DNA of 64,000 nucleotides from Catajapyx aquilonaris. Lineage: Eukaryota. The number at the start of each line of letters is the position of its first letter. Position 1 is the first letter of the stretch. Shown one piece after another: positions 60,845 through 64,000 of the stretch. The stretch covers positions 1 to 64,000 of the forward strand of contig KZ538122.1 in the NCBI GenBank assembly GCA_000934665.2, in the 5' to 3' direction. A program made the position numbers and the translations under genes. The notes beneath the pieces were generated by a model. That model made no database searches, had not been told where the DNA came from, and worked only from the letters and a program-made list of their open reading frames with translations.

Positions 60845-63208
60845 ATGGATGTGATGAACCCTGAGCTGCTGTGGGTCGATGGCCGGAGCTACCGGGTCAA
60901 CCCAGTTAGCTCTTCTTACAACTTCACTGCCACCGGACCTTACGAGGAGGAAGACACTCCTGTCACGCCAGGGCAAGGGGCAGACGGTGAGCTCAGATAT
61001 GGCTCGTCAGGCCGTGGTTCCCAGTCAAGTTCCACGCGTTAGATTACTCTCGCTGGAAATTCAGACAAGAAAATACAGATGGGCCTACTGTACAAGCGCA
61101 TGTCACACATAAGTGTTCCGAGTGTTCAGGCCCAACCTGAATACTTGGAACACACTATATATAGATTTGAATTTTTTCATACACTCAATACAGGACGCAA
61201 TAAAAATTACTTGCCAAACGTAATGAAACTTTTTCGCGCATGAAGAACCAGTAACAGGAGTAGAATAGTCATATTTTAATTTAGGCAGTAATTATTTCCC
61301 ATCTTTTTCCAGATGATGACTCCCACTATTATGATTCAGATGAGTCAGAGGTGCATATTGAAGAGATATCTGGTGGGAAGTTCCGGGCCTCGATGGATGT
61401 GGCAAGGTGCTGAAGACATGCCAGCAGCACATAATTATAATCACGGACGCTAATTTTTATTGTTTTCTTTCAGTGCTTACTTTCCATTTATAGTTGGAAG
61501 CAAAGGGGTGGTGAAGAAACGCCTCCAGCTTGAGACCAGAACTAACATCAATATTCCTCCACCAGGGCGTAGCTCTGGAGACATAGGTAATTACGAAGGA
61601 TGGCATTTATGTCACAGACTGAAGGAGTTGTTCAATTCCCTTGGGCAGGTTTAAGTACTGTCAAGTTATTAATAACCTGTTTATAATTTGTAATTAATAG
61701 TTGCTTGGAAAAATATGATGTACTGTAATTTATCAGTAAATGACTAAATGTAACTGGAAGTCCCCACTTTCAAGTTTATGTTGAATGTGGGGAACTGGCG
61801 ACAAAGAGCTGTGGTTTGGGAATGCCATAAGGTCCCCGATCTTCCCCTTCCACCATGCAGCACCCAGTTACACAAAATATGTTTCAACTGCTGTATTTGT
61901 AGTCCAGTTTTTTAAATTCAATTTGTTGACAAATTCCCTCGCTTGAAAAATTTATTGCAGGGGTTGAAAGTAATTTCCACATCTTGACACCTTAAATTAT
62001 AGTTTATATATTTCTTTCTTTTCATTTTGTCTAGTTATAACTGGTCCTGATCGCAGCTCTGTAAGGAAAGCTCTCACGAGGCTTGAAATCCTGATCCACA
62101 CTGCCAAGAAGAAACAACCCTTCACACACTTTATCTCGATCCCAGTGAATTCTGAGGCAATTAGGACCAGCTTTGAGACTTTCAAGGAGAATGTTCTCGA
62201 AGAATGCGAGGGCAGCATTGGTGTGGATTGTTCCTTGTTTCAGACACCTCACAAGCTCCACTTGACCATAGGGACTTTGGTACTTTTAAGTGACCATGAG
62301 AGGAAAGAAGCAGCAGAAATCCTGGCATGTTGCAAGTCTGAAGTTATGGAGTAAGTTTGTTCTTGTGTAACGAAGGGCTAATTATGAACAAAACCCGATA
62401 ATGCACAAAAGGTAGTCCTTTTCACACAATCTGTAATTCCTTTTTTGGGTTAAAAGTCATAATGCAAGATTGCAGGTTATAAACTGGTGCAAAAAGATAT
62501 ACAGTGCAAGTCAGTTGTTCTGGTTGAAATCACAGCAATAGTATTAACGCAACATCTTACGTAATTGCCTTGCATGTGTTTGAGAGTCTGACCCGAAAAG
62601 AAGAAGTTTTGGCTTGTCATTGTAAGCTCATTCATTGCATTTTTTTCAGTCCTATTTTGCATAATGCGCCTCTAAAGATAACTATGCGTGGACTGGAGTA
62701 TATGAATGATGATCCAAGTGACGTAGATGTCCTGTACGGAAAAGTGGAGTCTGAAGAAAATCCAGGCCAACTGCAACATTTGGCCAATGAGATTGTCCGC
62801 TACTTTAGTAGAAAAGGTCTCATGACAGTGGAGCATGAGAATGTGAAGCTGCATGCGACAGTCATGAACACTTTGTTTCGAACCGACGACAGTGGAGACC
62901 TTGGATCTTGTAGCACGAAAAGGGGGACGAAACCTAGGGAATCATTTGATGCATCAAAAATTTTGAAGGTACTTTCACACATTATTATTGTACAGAAAAA
63001 ATTTGCATGGCATAGTATTGGTACCTAGTTAGTCGTGGGTTGCCTTAATTTCCTATGAAAGTAATGAGCCATTTTATATTTCTCATTTCAGCTGTATGAC
63101 ACTTTTGATTTTGGCACCCAACATGTCCAGTCGATTCACTTGTCATTACGTCACAGCACTGCTGCAAATGGATATTATCAATGTACATCAAGTGTCAGCC
63201 TGAATTAA
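60845..63208 (+). CDS. ASCC1: Activating signal cointegrator 1 complex subunit 1 (KH + 2H phosphoesterase)
   Basis: Exons 60845-60986, 61313-61406, 61474-61586, 62035-62350, 62650-62968, 63092-63208. N-terminus MDVMNPELLWVDGRSYRVNP, KH GxxG (IVGSKG), PFTHFISIP, and two HxT motifs (KLHLTIG, KLHATVMN). Confidence 0.95.
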
Positions 63209-63392
63209 AACTCATGCTGTTACCCCACACCTTTTTAAGCTAATTAATGTGTCAACATGGCACATGTCTGTCTTAGAATGCGCTTCCCCTGCTTAAGAAA
63301 TTGAGGTGGGACTTAATTAGCCAGGTCTTCTATTCGACACTCCTTCAGATAAGGTCCTGATGGGTTCCTAATAGAGGAAGCTTGACACAGTT

Positions 63393-64000
63393 ATGATGAA
63401 AGCGCAATGGAGTATGGAATCCCTTGTGGATCATAGGCCAGTTCAAATGGCCTATTATCCCTATCAGTCCCTTCATGATCTGACAGGTAAGAGTATGTTG
63501 CAATTGTATTACATGGTAGTAGCACTGCATGTGTATTCTCGAGTCAGGAATTATTATCAATGCATGATATCTAAGGGTGCATGTTTATTAGAAATCGGCA
63601 ACACTGTGTCACTGTCAAAGCAGGTTCTGTGAGACGAATAAGAGGACCAAAGAGAGTGGTTCTTTTCTGCGTTTTTGCCATCTTCCTCCCGATGGTGGTG
63701 ATGTTCATGCCACTATACATTCGGTACAAGGTCTACCAAGACGTCACCTACACTCTGGGGGAGTCTGATCTCATCACTGTAGACAAGGGAATCTCTTCCT
63801 TCTGGTGTGAGGTACATTGATCAATGATACACTAGTTTAGGATGCAGGTTTGATAATGAGGTTATTTTCAGGGGCAAGAGCTGCAAATGAATGCAACATT
63901 CAATGCCTATCTTCTCCATGATATACCTCAGATATCAGAAGAAAGACAGCCATTTCAAATGGACAAGCATTTGGAACTTCCTGATGACACGCTAGAGTAC
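63393..64000 (+). CDS. Membrane protein with APD1-like N-terminal domain (partial, runs off the window)
   Basis: Exons 63393-63486, 63624-63811, 63872-64000+ are in phase. RGPKRV is followed by a hydrophobic TM segment, then PLYIRY, ESD...GISSFWCEGQELQMNATFNAY and LPDDTLEY, resembling APD1-4-type N domains. Start codon uncertain. Confidence 0.65.

Noticed and set aside
1..64000. Prokaryotic-type systems (CRISPR arrays, operons, defence islands) and hammerhead ribozymes
   Set aside because: The sequence is intron-rich eukaryotic DNA with no spaced direct-repeat array. The CTGATGA hits inspected lacked the stem II-GAAA core.

Overview
Eukaryotic genomic DNA, most likely from an arthropod (short GT-AG introns, CpG-poor gene bodies, GC/CpG-rich promoter patches). 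I assembled six + strand spliced genes by hand: the 3' end of PDHA1, PELP1, eIF2A, a ~42 kb FARP/Cdep FERM-RhoGEF-PH gene, ASCC1, and the 5' part of an APD1-like membrane protein gene. Also present are an intronic tRNA-Arg(ACG) and several DNA-transposon remnants and MITEs. The most striking structure is in eIF2A. A minor-spliceosome (U12, AT-AC) intron at 11577-13075 contains a young ~1.07 kb foldback element with ~99% identical ~415 bp arms. Each arm carries a tRNA-Met-like Pol III cassette (A box, B box, oligo-T), and the two cassettes face each other. Other candidates: a degenerate, intron-containing integrase-like gene on the - strand head-to-head with FARP; a 2.8 kb alternative terminal exon that would remove the FARP GEF domains; a 9/6-nt microexon in the FERM C-lobe; two in-frame uORFs; and an ASCC1/APD1-like arrangement with no evident promoter of its own for the second gene. 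All calls come from reading the sequence; no searches were run.
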